The translations under genes were made by a program, and so were the position numbers. A stretch of DNA of 64,000 nt from NCBI GenBank assembly GCA_963754875.1, contig CAVWHO010000003.1:22976-86975 (forward strand), given 5' to 3'. Below the pieces are notes generated by a model. That model had not been told where the DNA came from, did not search any database, and saw only the letters and a program-made list of their open reading frames with translations. This stretch comes from Nitrospirota bacterium (GTDB taxonomy: Bacteria; Nitrospirota; UBA9217). The number at the start of each line of letters is the position of its first letter. The stretch's first letter is position 1. Positions 40,606 to 50,681 of this stretch are shown piece by piece.

Positions 40606-41913
40606 TTAACAGGTCTTCTCGAGATTTATTCCGAAGGTGTTCCATTTGCCGCAGTTCGGACACCGGCCCGACCAGTCAGTGGTCCGGAGTTCGCAGTTTG
40701 AACATACATAGGGAATGATAATCTGTTTTTTGAAACCGAGTGCTTTTTTGAACTCCGATGCGGCCAGCCCCAGGGAGCCGCGGCGAAGGTAGATGTTCCC
40801 CAGCAGTTTGTGCACGTCGGGAAAATCCTTGTCCCCCCAATCCACGGTGGATAGAATTTCGAAGGCCTCATCGATCATTTCGAGACGGTAATAGAGTTTG
40901 CCGAGAAAGAATTTCAACGAATTATCCTGAGGTTTCCAATGCACAGCTTTCGTATATATCTCAATGGCTTTTCCCGGTTCTCCCTGTTTGAGGTACAAAT
41001 CTTCCAGTCGCAGGAGGAGCAGAGTCGAGGACGTCATTTTATAAGCTTTTTCCCATAATTCAGCTGCATCAATGACCTTTCCCTCTTCGAGATACACTTC
41101 CCCCAGTCCCAGGAATGCAGGAATAAAGTCCTTGTCAAGCTTGATCACGCCGCGGAATATTTTTCGTGCCCGCTCCAGGTCGCCGGCTTCGAGTAACGAA
41201 CGACCCATCTCGTACCGGAAGCCGACAAGCCTCCGGTGTTCGACCTCCTGCTCTGACGGCATGAGCGGTCCCGCCAGGAGTTTCCGTTGCGTCTCGGACA
41301 GTTCATCCCACTGGTTCAGACGCTGGTACAGGTCGCGCATCTTGATGAGGGCAGTCAGGTTTGAAGAATCCTTCGAGAGGATCTTCGTGTACATGGCAAG
41401 GGCATCTTCGAAGCGCTTTGCTTCTTCATAATCGGCAGCGAGCGAAAACATCACTTCCTGGTTGTCAGGGTCGAGATTCAGGGCCTTCTGGTGAAGAAGG
41501 ACGGCTTCCTGTGGGTTCTTTTCACGGAGTTGGCTGATCCCCATGCGCAGCAGCGTGTTCACATGGTTTTGGTCTATAGCGAGCACTTTTTGAAAAAAAG
41601 TAATCGCTTCTGCATTCCTCTTTGCAAGAAGCGAGTTCAATCCCTTGGTGTAGAGTTCCTGGATCTTGAGCCTTTTTTTCTGTTCGCGTTGGACCCGGAG
41701 CCCGCGCAGGAAGCGCTTGACGTCACGCAGGAGATAGAGGAAGAAAATAATGCCTGCGCCAATAGCCAGCGTAAGCAGGAAGAAGGTCGATTTTGAAATT
41801 TCGTAAGATTTCGATGGCAGGATATTGACCGTGATCATGCCGGGGTTGAATTCCCGCAGCATCATGACGACGATCACAAGGGCGATCAGCAGCACAGTGA
41901 CGATAAATCTCAT
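40606..41913 (-). CDS. LapB-like TPR protein with N-terminal TM segments and C-terminal rubredoxin-like zinc ribbon
   Basis: Two TM helices, YTKGLNSLL, TPR repeats, YVCSNC...WSGRCPNCGKWNT. Confidence 0.75.
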   Translation of the reverse strand: MRFIVTVLLIALVIVVMMLREFNPGMITVNILPSKSYEISKSTFFLLTLAIGAGIIFFLYLLRDVKRFLRGLRVQREQKKRLKIQELYTKGLNSLLAKRNAEAITFFQKVLAIDQNHVNTLLRMGISQLREKNPQEAVLLHQKALNLDPDNQEVMFSLAADYEEAKRFEDALAMYTKILSKDSSNLTALIKMRDLYQRLNQWDELSETQRKLLAGPLMPSEQEVEHRRLVGFRYEMGRSLLEAGDLERARKIFRGVIKLDKDFIPAFLGLGEVYLEEGKVIDAAELWEKAYKMTSSTLLLLRLEDLYLKQGEPGKAIEIYTKAVHWKPQDNSLKFFLGKLYYRLEMIDEAFEILSTVDWGDKDFPDVHKLLGNIYLRRGSLGLAASEFKKALGFKKQIIIPYVCSNCELRTTDWSGRCPNCGKWNTFGINLEKTC

Positions 41914-41987
41914 CCACGGTCCTTTCTTAACGATTCCCGTTGCGGCGGTTTTTGACGGCGTAAGCAGTTAAGTTCTTCCTGTCGGAA

Positions 41988-42458
41988 TCAATAGTGGTAC
42001 GTTTTCCCCTTGATGATCGTGAAAGCACGGTACAACTGCTCGATCAGCACCAGCCTCGCCATTTCATGAGTAACGGTCCAGCGAGAAAGTGCGATACTTT
42101 TGTTCGCTTTCTGCGGGATGCTCTCGTCCAGACCCAAGGCGCCGCCGATGACAAAGGCTATTTCCCTGACACCCGATTCCAACAACCCATTGATAAAAGC
42201 AGCGAACTCATGTGAGGTAAACTCTTGTCCGCGCTCGTCCAGGGCTGCAAAAAAAACATTTTTCGGTATAGCTTTAAAGATTCGTTCCGCTTCTTTTTTT
42301 CTGATGAATGGGGCGTCTTTGAGGTCTTGGATCTTCTCTTCCTTAAGCTCTTTGATCTCTATATCAGCATAGGGCTTCAGGTACCGGGTATATTTCCCGA
42401 TTCCCTCCTGGATAAAACGTTCCCTGGTCTTCCCCATACAGAAGATGGTCAACTTCAC
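41988..42458 (-). CDS. rlmH: 23S rRNA pseudouridine1915 N3-methyltransferase
   Basis: LDERG, FVIGGALGL, HEMARLVLIEQLYRAFTI, YHY. Confidence 0.95.
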   Translation of the reverse strand: MKLTIFCMGKTRERFIQEGIGKYTRYLKPYADIEIKELKEEKIQDLKDAPFIRKKEAERIFKAIPKNVFFAALDERGQEFTSHEFAAFINGLLESGVREIAFVIGGALGLDESIPQKANKSIALSRWTVTHEMARLVLIEQLYRAFTIIKGKTYHY

Positions 42459-42832
42459 GTAGGTATGCCCTGTAGTGACTTCAGGGGGGTGACAACGGGT
42501 ATCCGAGGCGCATCGCCCCAGAGCTTTTCGAGGCTGTAATAAACCCTGGTTTGTTCATCGAAAATATGGACAACAATATCTCCGTAGTCCATAAGCACCC
42601 AGTTTGCCTCGGTTTCACCCTCTACGTGGGAAGGGTGGACACCGGCCTTGGCAAGCGCTTCGCCAATACCGTCCGAGATTGCTCCCACCTGGGTCGTGTT
42701 GCTCGCCGAGCAGATGACAAAGTAATCAGTAATGTACGTCAGGCTGCGCAGATCCAGGATCAGAATGTCGAAGGCCTTCTTATTGTCCGCTGCTTCTGCG
42801 CAAAGCTTCGCCGCTTCTAATGAATTAAGCAT
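42455..42832 (-). CDS. rsfS: Ribosome silencing factor
   Basis: KKAFDI, DYFVICS, WVLMDYGDIVVHIF, YYSLEKLW. Confidence 0.95.
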   Translation of the reverse strand: MLNSLEAAKLCAEAADNKKAFDILILDLRSLTYITDYFVICSASNTTQVGAISDGIGEALAKAGVHPSHVEGETEANWVLMDYGDIVVHIFDEQTRVYYSLEKLWGDAPRIPVVTPLKSLQGIPT

Positions 42833-43484
42833 ACAGTTTATTTTTAATTATATAGGTTTCAACCATTTCAGGCAAGAGATATTTGATACTTATTCCCTCT
42901 TTAATCCTTCTGCGAATGTCCGTCGACGATATATCGTACAAGGGAATCATCACCAGATAGACGGTGAATGCTCCGGCATGAATTTCGACATGCATGCGTT
43001 GTCCCCGGTCCAGTTCGATCATTTGAGTCTCAGCCGGTCTGAGGAAATCGATCTTCAGGAGATCGGCAAATCGATAGCCGGGCCGTGACAATACGACGAA
43101 CGTACACAAGCGTAAGAGCCGTTCCCAGCGGCTCCAGGTCTGAATATCAAGGAAAGAATCTACCCCGGTTATAAAATACAACTCCGCCTCAGGGTACGTC
43201 TTTTGGAGAGCTTCGATCGTGTCGACCGTATACGACTTGCCCCCCCGGCTGATCTCGATGTCGGAGGGCTCGAAAGCCGCATTCCCGGATGTTGCAATAC
43301 GGACCATTTCCATGCGGTGGACGGCAGAAGGGACGTCATCTTCCTGCTTATGGGGAGGGTGAAAGGAAGGAATGAACAGAACCCGGTCCAGTTTCAAGCG
43401 GTCCCGGACCTCTTCGGCGGCGGCAAGATGACCATAGTGTATGGGGTTAAATGTTCCACCGAGAATGCCGAGTTTCTGTGACAA
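42825..43484 (-). CDS. nadD: Nicotinate-nucleotide adenylyltransferase
   Basis: GGTFNPIHYGH, PPHK, SYTVDT, ISSTDIR. Confidence 0.95.
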   Translation of the reverse strand: MSQKLGILGGTFNPIHYGHLAAAEEVRDRLKLDRVLFIPSFHPPHKQEDDVPSAVHRMEMVRIATSGNAAFEPSDIEISRGGKSYTVDTIEALQKTYPEAELYFITGVDSFLDIQTWSRWERLLRLCTFVVLSRPGYRFADLLKIDFLRPAETQMIELDRGQRMHVEIHAGAFTVYLVMIPLYDISSTDIRRRIKEGISIKYLLPEMVETYIIKNKLYA

Positions 43485-43579
43485 AAAGACCTCCGGTTAA
43501 ACCACGATGGATGAAACACGACCGCTCGCGTGGCTCGCTTGGACGATGGACGATTTTACATCCTTCGTCCCTCGTCTCT

Positions 43580-44837
43580 CTATTTCCTGATCTGTCCATT
43601 CCCGAACACGATGAACTTGGTGGAAGTCAGTTCCTCCAGCCCCATGGGGCCACGCGCGTGAATGCGCGTTGTCGAGATGCCGATCTCGGCGCCGAGGCCG
43701 AATTCGAACCCATCGTTCAACCGTGTGGATGCGTTCACAAAAACTGCTGATGCATCCACTTCGCGCTGAAACCGGCGTGCATTCTGATAATCATTTGTTA
43801 CGATTGCCTCGGAGTGCTGCGACCCATGGGCGGCAATATGCTCCATCGCCTCTTCCATACTCGTGACGATCCTGACGTTCAGAATAAGATCATTGTACTC
43901 CGTGTCCCAGTCTTTGTCCGTTGCAGCGGTAATGTCTGATACGATTTCCTTGGTCCGGTAGCATCCGCGGATCTCTACGCCTGCCTTCTTCATTCTGATC
44001 AGGATTACGGGCAGGAACGTCTTGGCCACATCCTGGTGTACGAGCATGGTCTCCATGGCATTGCAGGTGCCGGGCCGCTGGACTTTGGCATTAAAACAGA
44101 TTTCTTCGGCCATGGAGAAGATCGGCTTTGCTGTCCACGTAGACGTGGCAGATTCCTTTGTCATGTTTGATAACGGGGATGGTCGAATTTTCCGAAACCA
44201 TACGGATCAGGCCTTCGCCTCCCCGGGGGATGATGAGGTCGATATACTGGTTGAGTTTCAGCATTTCCATGACGCAGGCACGGTCGGGGTTTTCGATGAA
44301 CGACACGGCTCCTTCCGGGATGCCCGCCTCGGCCCCGGCCTTTGAAAGGACCTCAACGATGGAACTGTTGGAGTGTACTGCCTCGGAACCGCCGCGCAGA
44401 AGCACTCCATTGCCGGATTTGAGACAGAGCGCCGCGGAATCAGCTGTCACGTTGGGGCGAGATTCATAGATGATGCCGATAAGCCCGATAGGAACGCGCA
44501 TCCGGCCCACTTCCATGCCGTTCGGTCTTCGCCACATCTTGAGTACTTCGCCCACCGGGTCAGGAAGAGCACCCACTTCGCGTAGTCCATCCGCCATTGC
44601 CTTAATGCGATCATGGTTTAGCGTCAACCGGTCGATCATCGCCTTGGAAAGCCCTTTTTTTTCGGCTTCCATCAGATCTTTTCTATTTTCTGAGATGAGC
44701 TTTGCGGCCTCCCTTTCAAGGCCCGCTGCCATTTTGAACAGTGCAGTATTCTTGATCTCCGTTGAGATGTTGGCAAGTCGCCGCGCTGCTGCCTTGGCTT
44801 TTACCGCTTTTTCGGAAACGTATTGTTTGATGTCCAC
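43580..44837 (-). CDS. proA: Gamma-glutamyl phosphate reductase, split by an indel near 44120
   Basis: [21 protein letters not shown] / [33 protein letters not shown]. Confidence 0.93.
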
Positions 44838-44864
44838 AGCACTACCTCCGGTAGATGATCACGA

Positions 44865-45374
44865 TTATTTCAGTAGTTTTCCGGCGGCATCTCTCAATGC
44901 CTGTTTACTGTCGATTTCACCGTAAATAATATGCTTAATCTTGCCGTCACGGCCGATAAAAAAAGTGACCGGCAAAAACCTGATCTGATATTGTTCGCTG
45001 ACTTTACCGTTTCGGTCGCTCAGAACAAGAGGTTTGTCCACTTTTAAATCGGCAAGAAGTGCATTGATCGATTTAAAATCTTCTTTTACTCCGATGAGCA
45101 CGACTTTTACGCCTTCTCTCTGCATTTCATCGGAGAGTGAGTTGATTATCGGCAGTTCGTTTCTGCAGGGTATGCACCAGGACGCAAAAAAGCTCAGGAT
45201 AACACCGCTTATCTGTTCTTTACTCTTTACACCCTGGACATCGCTCAAGTAAAAATCGTTGCCCGCGCTGTCACGCAGGGAAAAGGGAGGAGCAGCGTCA
45301 TTCGGTTTGAGTGCAGCGAAAGAAGAAGATGCCGACAAAAATATGGCTAACACAGTAGTTACAATTATTTTCAT
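44865..45374 (-). CDS. TlpA/ResA-family thiol-disulfide oxidoreductase
   Basis: Signal peptide, FFASWCIPCRNELP, LPVTFFIG. Confidence 0.88.
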   Translation of the reverse strand: MKIIVTTVLAIFLSASSSFAALKPNDAAPPFSLRDSAGNDFYLSDVQGVKSKEQISGVILSFFASWCIPCRNELPIINSLSDEMQREGVKVVLIGVKEDFKSINALLADLKVDKPLVLSDRNGKVSEQYQIRFLPVTFFIGRDGKIKHIIYGEIDSKQALRDAAGKLLK

Positions 45375-45393
45375 AATTCGATTGCGATGTTCC

Positions 45394-46536
45394 TCAAAGA
45401 ATCACTAGATCATCCCGGTGGATTACTTCGTCATAATCTTTGTGCCCCAGGACGGAGGATATCTGTGATGTTTTAAGACCTTTAATGAGTTCCAGCTCTG
45501 GGGCAGAGTATTTCACCAGACCCCGAGCAAAAGCAGTCCCGGCACGGTCCACACAGGTTACACAATCGCCGATTTTGAAATTTCCTTCCACTTTGACAAT
45601 CCCGCCCGGCAGCAGGCTCCTGCCTTTATGCACAAGTGCCTCCCGGCCGCCATCGTCAATCATGAGGCGACCCGCTGAGCTGACCGTGTAGGCGATCCAG
45701 TGCTTCCGGCTGTCCTGTTTCTCGGGTTTTGGAAGAAACAGTGTGCCTACTTCCCTGCCCTCAAAGAGCGCCGGCAGTACTCCGTTCTTTTTCCCATTCA
45801 CAATCACCATGGGCGCGCCATAGGCCCCGACTTTCTTTGCTGTCAGGATCTTAGAACGCATTCCCCCCGTACCGACCTGCGAGCGCGTGCCTCCTGCCCC
45901 GCGCTCGATTTCAATGGTAATTTTCTCGACGATCGGAATCAGTTCGGCAGAAGAATCGAACTTCGGATCTGCGGTGTAGAGACCGTCGATATCGGAAAGG
46001 ATCACGAGAAGGTCCGCGTCCGTCAGGTGGACGACCATGCCGGAAAGATTGTCGTTGTCTCCGAACTTGATCTCGTCGACCGAGACGGTGTCGTTTTCAT
46101 TGATGATGGGAACGACTTTGAAATCCAGGAGCGTCTGGAGCGTACTTCTCGCATTGAGGAAGCGTGTACGGTTTGAGAGGTCGTCGCGTGTGAGCAGCAC
46201 TTGGGCCACCTTATGTCCATGTGCGCCGAAGGTCTTCTCGTACATCCACATGAGGCTCGATTGGCCGACGGATGCAGCCGCCTGTTTGAGCGAAAGAGGC
46301 ATGACCCTTTTTTTCTTCAATCCCAGTTTTGCAAGGCCTGCGGCTATCGCGCCTGATGAAACCACAATGACCTGCCGCCCCTGGCTCATGATGGTTGAAA
46401 TGTCGGCTGCAAGACGCTCGATGCGGCCCTGGTCCAGCCCCAGTTCTGATGACGTGAGGACCGCGCTGCCGATCTTTATCACGATGCGGCGGGCTTGGGA
46501 AAATATTGTTTTCCTGCTTGTCTCAATATTCTTCAT
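45394..46536 (-). CDS. proB: Glutamate 5-kinase (with PUA domain)
   Basis: VIKIGS, VSSGAIAAG, PIINEND, FGDNDNL, GTGGMRSK, SLLPGG. Confidence 0.96.
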   Translation of the reverse strand: MKNIETSRKTIFSQARRIVIKIGSAVLTSSELGLDQGRIERLAADISTIMSQGRQVIVVSSGAIAAGLAKLGLKKKRVMPLSLKQAAASVGQSSLMWMYEKTFGAHGHKVAQVLLTRDDLSNRTRFLNARSTLQTLLDFKVVPIINENDTVSVDEIKFGDNDNLSGMVVHLTDADLLVILSDIDGLYTADPKFDSSAELIPIVEKITIEIERGAGGTRSQVGTGGMRSKILTAKKVGAYGAPMVIVNGKKNGVLPALFEGREVGTLFLPKPEKQDSRKHWIAYTVSSAGRLMIDDGGREALVHKGRSLLPGGIVKVEGNFKIGDCVTCVDRAGTAFARGLVKYSAPELELIKGLKTSQISSVLGHKDYDEVIHRDDLVIL

Positions 46537-46566
46537 GTTGTATTCTTTGCGTGCTGCGTCGTTGGC

Positions 46567-47649
46567 TCAGTTCTCTATCTTGCTGTTCTCCACGGCTTCG
46601 GGAGCCTCTCGGTCCTTCCCTGCCCTTTGCCCCTGCTCTCTCAAGTCCCTCTCCTCCACCACTTTATCGGCAAGGAAGTTGAGAAGCGGCTGCAAACCTG
46701 CGCCCGACACTGCTGAGATCGGGAAAAAAGTATATCCGTTTTCATGGCAGTAAGCGGTTAACTCATCCAGCTTCGCCTGGTCTGCCGCATCGATCTTGGT
46801 AGCAGCAACAGCCATGGACTTTTTCACCAATGCCTCGCTGTAGAGCTCGAGCTCTTTATTGATCTTTTGAAAATTTTCTACCGGGTCACCGGGAACGATG
46901 CCCGACACGTCCACCATATGGAGGAGGATTGACGTGCGCTCCACGTGACGTAGGAATTCAAATCCCAGTCCTGCGCCCTTGTGAGCATTCTCGATAAGGC
47001 CCGGGATGTCGGCTACCACGAAGCTCCGCCTGCCTTCCGGTTTCACTACGCCGAGCACGGGGGACAACGTGGTAAAAGGATAATCCGCGATCTTGGGCTT
47101 CGCTGCCGAGATGCGCGAGATGAGCGTGGACTTGCCGGCATTCGGGAAGCCGACCAGACCGACGTCCGCAAGAAGTTTCAGCTCAAGAAACAGCCACTGC
47201 TCTTCTCCCGGTTCGCCGGGCTGAGCATGCCGCGGGGCCTGGTTCGTCGCCGTCTTAAAAAAGGTGTTTCCCCTGCCTCCCCTTCCTCCTTTTGCGATAA
47301 TGTACGTCATTCCATCGGTGTCAAGATCAACGATGACCGTCCGTGTCTCGGCATCCTGCACGATGGTGCCAACGGGAACGCGAATGAACGTATCTTTTCC
47401 ATCAGCGCCGGACTGTTCCTTGCCGCGGCCCTGCTCGCCTTTTTCGGCATAATAATGCTGCTGGTACCTGAGGTCTATCAGCGTACCGAGCTGTTTGTCC
47501 GCAACAAGAACGATGTCAGCTCCTTTGCCGCCGTCTCCGCCATTAGGACCGCCGCGCGGCACGTAAGCTTCACGCCGGAAGCTCACGCAACCGGGTCCGC
47601 CGTGCCCCGCTCTCACCTCGATCTTCACTCTGTCGATAAAGTTGGACAT
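46567..47649 (-). CDS. obgE: GTPase ObgE/CgtA
   Basis: GGPNGGDGG, GFPNAGKS, DYPFTT, DIPG, FLRHVER. Confidence 0.97.
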   Translation of the reverse strand: MSNFIDRVKIEVRAGHGGPGCVSFRREAYVPRGGPNGGDGGKGADIVLVADKQLGTLIDLRYQQHYYAEKGEQGRGKEQSGADGKDTFIRVPVGTIVQDAETRTVIVDLDTDGMTYIIAKGGRGGRGNTFFKTATNQAPRHAQPGEPGEEQWLFLELKLLADVGLVGFPNAGKSTLISRISAAKPKIADYPFTTLSPVLGVVKPEGRRSFVVADIPGLIENAHKGAGLGFEFLRHVERTSILLHMVDVSGIVPGDPVENFQKINKELELYSEALVKKSMAVAATKIDAADQAKLDELTAYCHENGYTFFPISAVSGAGLQPLLNFLADKVVEERDLREQGQRAGKDREAPEAVENSKIEN

Positions 47650-47771
47650 TTACTGTCTCTATCCCCCTCGCTCACCTTCTTAATAACGTTAAAAGGGGTA
47701 TTTGAATAATGTTTTCAATGAATTATACAGTTCTGCATCTAAAAATGCAAGCCCGATCCCTTCTGAAAAAC

Positions 47772-47801
47772 AAAAAAGGCGGCATAGACAACTATGCCGC
47801 C
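47772..47801 (-). terminator. Rho-independent terminator after rpmA
   Basis: Minus strand GGCGGCATAG TTGT CTATGCCGCC TTTTTT. Confidence 0.85.
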
Positions 47802-47831
47802 TCGGGTGTCAGATCGTACTTGCTGCTTACG

Positions 47832-48089
47832 TTACGATGCCGCGTATACGCTCACCTGTTTACGGGTCTTGTCCTTGCGCTCAAACTTCACCACGCCGTT
47901 GATCTTGGCAAAGAGCGTATCATCACATCCCTTGCCCACGTTCTCTCCGGGATGTATTTTCGTGCCCCGTTGACGGATAATGATCGTCCCTGCGTGCACC
48001 TGCTCGCCGTCGTACCGCTTCACACCGAGGTACTGGGGATTGCTGTCTCTTCCATTTCTTGAACTTCCAACGCCTTTTTTATGAGCCAT
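47832..48089 (-). CDS. rpmA: 50S ribosomal protein L27
   Basis: [22 protein letters not shown]. Confidence 0.98.
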   Translation of the reverse strand: MAHKKGVGSSRNGRDSNPQYLGVKRYDGEQVHAGTIIIRQRGTKIHPGENVGKGCDDTLFAKINGVVKFERKDKTRKQVSVYAAS

Positions 48090-48114
48090 GACTCATCCTC
48101 CGAATTCGCTAACC

Positions 48115-48426
48115 TTATGCGATGATCTCTTTCACTTTGATTGCTGTATAATTCTGACGGTGGCCGTTGGTGTTACGGTATCCTTTGCGCCGCCTGTGCT
48201 TGAAAATGATGATCTTCTTGCCCCTGTCCTGTTCCACGACTTCAGCAGTGACCTTGGCGGATGCGAGCAACGGCTTTCCGATCGACAACTTTTCGCCGTC
48301 TGCGATCATGTAGACTTCTTTTAATTCAATAGTATCGCCCTTCTTTGCATCAAGGCTCTCCACCCTGACTATATCGCCGGGTGCAACCTTGTACTGTTTC
48401 CCTCCGGTATTGATGACTGCGTACAT
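48115..48426 (-). CDS. rplU: 50S ribosomal protein L21
   Basis: MYAVINTGGKQYKV, GHRQ. Confidence 0.98.
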   Translation of the reverse strand: MYAVINTGGKQYKVAPGDIVRVESLDAKKGDTIELKEVYMIADGEKLSIGKPLLASAKVTAEVVEQDRGKKIIIFKHRRRKGYRNTNGHRQNYTAIKVKEIIA

Positions 48427-48614
48427 TAGAATCCTCCTTCACAAATTCAAACACCAACGTATTAAGAGGGCATAAAATACCATGTAACTTGCGGAGTTGT
48501 CAAGGGAAAAAACCGAATGAACCAAAAAAAATAGCTGCAAGGTCATTTGACAGAAGTACCAGACGCCTGTACAATTCAGTACAAAAGGCCCGCATGCAAG
48601 GTCACTCCATTTTT

Positions 48615-49462
48615 ATGGCATATCACAAAGTCATCATACGAATACCCTCCCTTTTCCGCGACACACTCATTCAGAGATTGACAAAAGCTGCAATGTGTCT
48701 CGGCGTAATTGAAGAGGACGAATCCGTTACCGCCTTCTTTCCTGAAACAGCTGATATGACTTCAATCAGGAGTGAACTGTCCATCATGCAATCGCTCCTC
48801 GAAAAATCCGGCCGGGAACCGGCCTTAACCGTTGATTTTTCAATTATAGCAGACCAGGACTGGAACGAATCCTGGAAAAAGGGATTCGTGCCCATTGACG
48901 TGGGCAACCGCTTTACCATCCTTCCGCCATGGGAACAGCCAGAAAAAAGACCGTGTCAACCTCATCATCGATCCTGCGATGGCGTTCGGTACCGGCCATC
49001 ATGAAACCACGCGGTCTTGTTTGGTCCTCATGGAACGATATGCAGAGACAAGCAAAAAAAACAGTTTTCTCGACCTCGGGACCGGCACGGGGATTCTCGC
49101 AATTGCAGCATTAAAAATTGGGCTTTCATCGCGTCGTCGCAGTTGACACTGATCTGCTCGCCGTTGAAGCGGCACGGAAGAACGCTGAATTGAACCTGGC
49201 CGCTGGCATTGAAATCCGGGAATGTAGTATAGGAAGTTTGAGCGAGACCTATGATTTCATAGCAGCGAACATCATCTCAGGAGTCCTTGAACTGCTAGCT
49301 CCGCTGATTGCCACACACGTGAAGCCGGGAGGCATTATCGTCCTTTCCGGTATTCTTAGCGGTCAGGATGAGGCAGTGCTTACGGCAATGACGCGGGCAG
49401 GCCTTAACCTCATGGAGCGGTATCCGGACGGCAAATGGATGTCGCTGGCTGTCACACGCTGA
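48615..49462 (+). CDS. prmA: Ribosomal protein L11 methyltransferase, split by indels in A-runs near 48945 and 49115
   Basis: DWNESWK...PPWE / IDPAMAFGTGHHETT, LDLGTGTGILAI / ANI, LSGIL. Promoter TTGACA-17-TACAAT upstream. Confidence 0.9.
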
Positions 49463-49592
49463 GCAGATACATTATGGCAAATTCAGGGCAGAATCTCAGC
49501 GCAGATGCGAAATTTCTTTTTGCGGCATTAAAATTCGACACGAGACGAGTCTCGATTTACAAGTCAGCGATTTTTGTCTATAATGATTTACT

Positions 49593-50528
49593 ATGATTGT
49601 CTATATACGTTTCGCATTGCTTTCGCTTATTTTCCTCATCGGTCCGTTTTTTTTCTTGCTGCTCGCCCCGTCGCTGACCTATGCTACGCCCGAGTATGCC
49701 CGCCAGACAGGACTGGAATGCAAAGAATGCCATATCGATACGATGGGCGGCGGACCGCTTACCGATGCCGGCAAACGATTTTTTGCTGATATTAAAGCCA
49801 AAGGCCGGTATCGTTCGCTGTCATTCACGCAGCGCGTTATTCGCCTCATCGTCGGCTATGTTCATATGCTTTCCGCGATCATCTGGTTCGGAACGATCAT
49901 GTATGTCCACGTTCTCCTGAAGCCGGCATACGCTTCCAAGGGCCTTCCCAAGGGTGAACTCCGGCTCGGCTGGATTTCGATGATCGCGATCCTGATAACG
50001 GGCATATTCCTGACCATCGCGCGCATGCCGACCTGGTCCGCGTTCATCGAGACCCGGTTCGGCATTCTCCTGAGCATCAAAATTGTTCTTTATCTGATCA
50101 TGCTGTTCAGCGCCGTTACGGTGACGGTCTATATCGGTCCTCGGTTGAGGAAGCAAGCGGCAACTCCGGCTCCGCTCCTGTCCGGTTCCAGCACCATCGA
50201 CGACTTGCGCCAGTTCGACGGCAAGGAGGGACGACCGGCATACATTGTCTATCAAGGGATCATTTACGATGTGACCAAAAGCAGACTCTGGAAGAACGGT
50301 GTGCACGTCATGAAACATGCTGCAGGAAACGATTTAACGGATTTCCTTCAGAATGCCCCTCATGGAGACGACAAGATACTGTCTTTACCCCAGGTAGGGA
50401 AATTGCTCGCCGCGGGCGAGAAAACCGCCCGCCCGTTCCACGAGCAGTTATTTTATTTCTTTGCTTACATGAATCTTGGCCTGGTGTTCGTAATCATCTT
50501 TGTCATCGCGTTGTGGAGATGGTGGTGA
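49593..50528 (+). CDS. Membrane protein: monoheme cytochrome c motif + CopD-like TM region + cytochrome b5-like heme domain
   Basis: ATPEYARQTGLECKECH, three TM helices, FDGKEGRPAY...IYDVT...HAAGNDLT...APHG, terminal TM helix. Confidence 0.78.
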   Translation: MIVYIRFALLSLIFLIGPFFFLLLAPSLTYATPEYARQTGLECKECHIDTMGGGPLTDAGKRFFADIKAKGRYRSLSFTQRVIRLIVGYVHMLSAIIWFGTIMYVHVLLKPAYASKGLPKGELRLGWISMIAILITGIFLTIARMPTWSAFIETRFGILLSIKIVLYLIMLFSAVTVTVYIGPRLRKQAATPAPLLSGSSTIDDLRQFDGKEGRPAYIVYQGIIYDVTKSRLWKNGVHVMKHAAGNDLTDFLQNAPHGDDKILSLPQVGKLLAAGEKTARPFHEQLFYFFAYMNLGLVFVIIFVIALWRWW

Positions 50529-50681
50529 ATAACCCGCATGCAAATCATAAAAAATTCGAATAGAGATCACGTCAAGCAATAACCGATCCGGCTCCATCCT
50601 GGAAGCCCCGGTCACACGAAAGATGTCGGCTTTGAACCGGAATCGGCTGTGCCTCATGTGGGAGCGGAAGGAGCGCCTGAA

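Noticed and set aside
48940..49120. Programmed ribosomal frameshifting in prmA A-runs
   Set aside because: Two shifts in one housekeeping gene and many similar indels across the window favour sequencing error.
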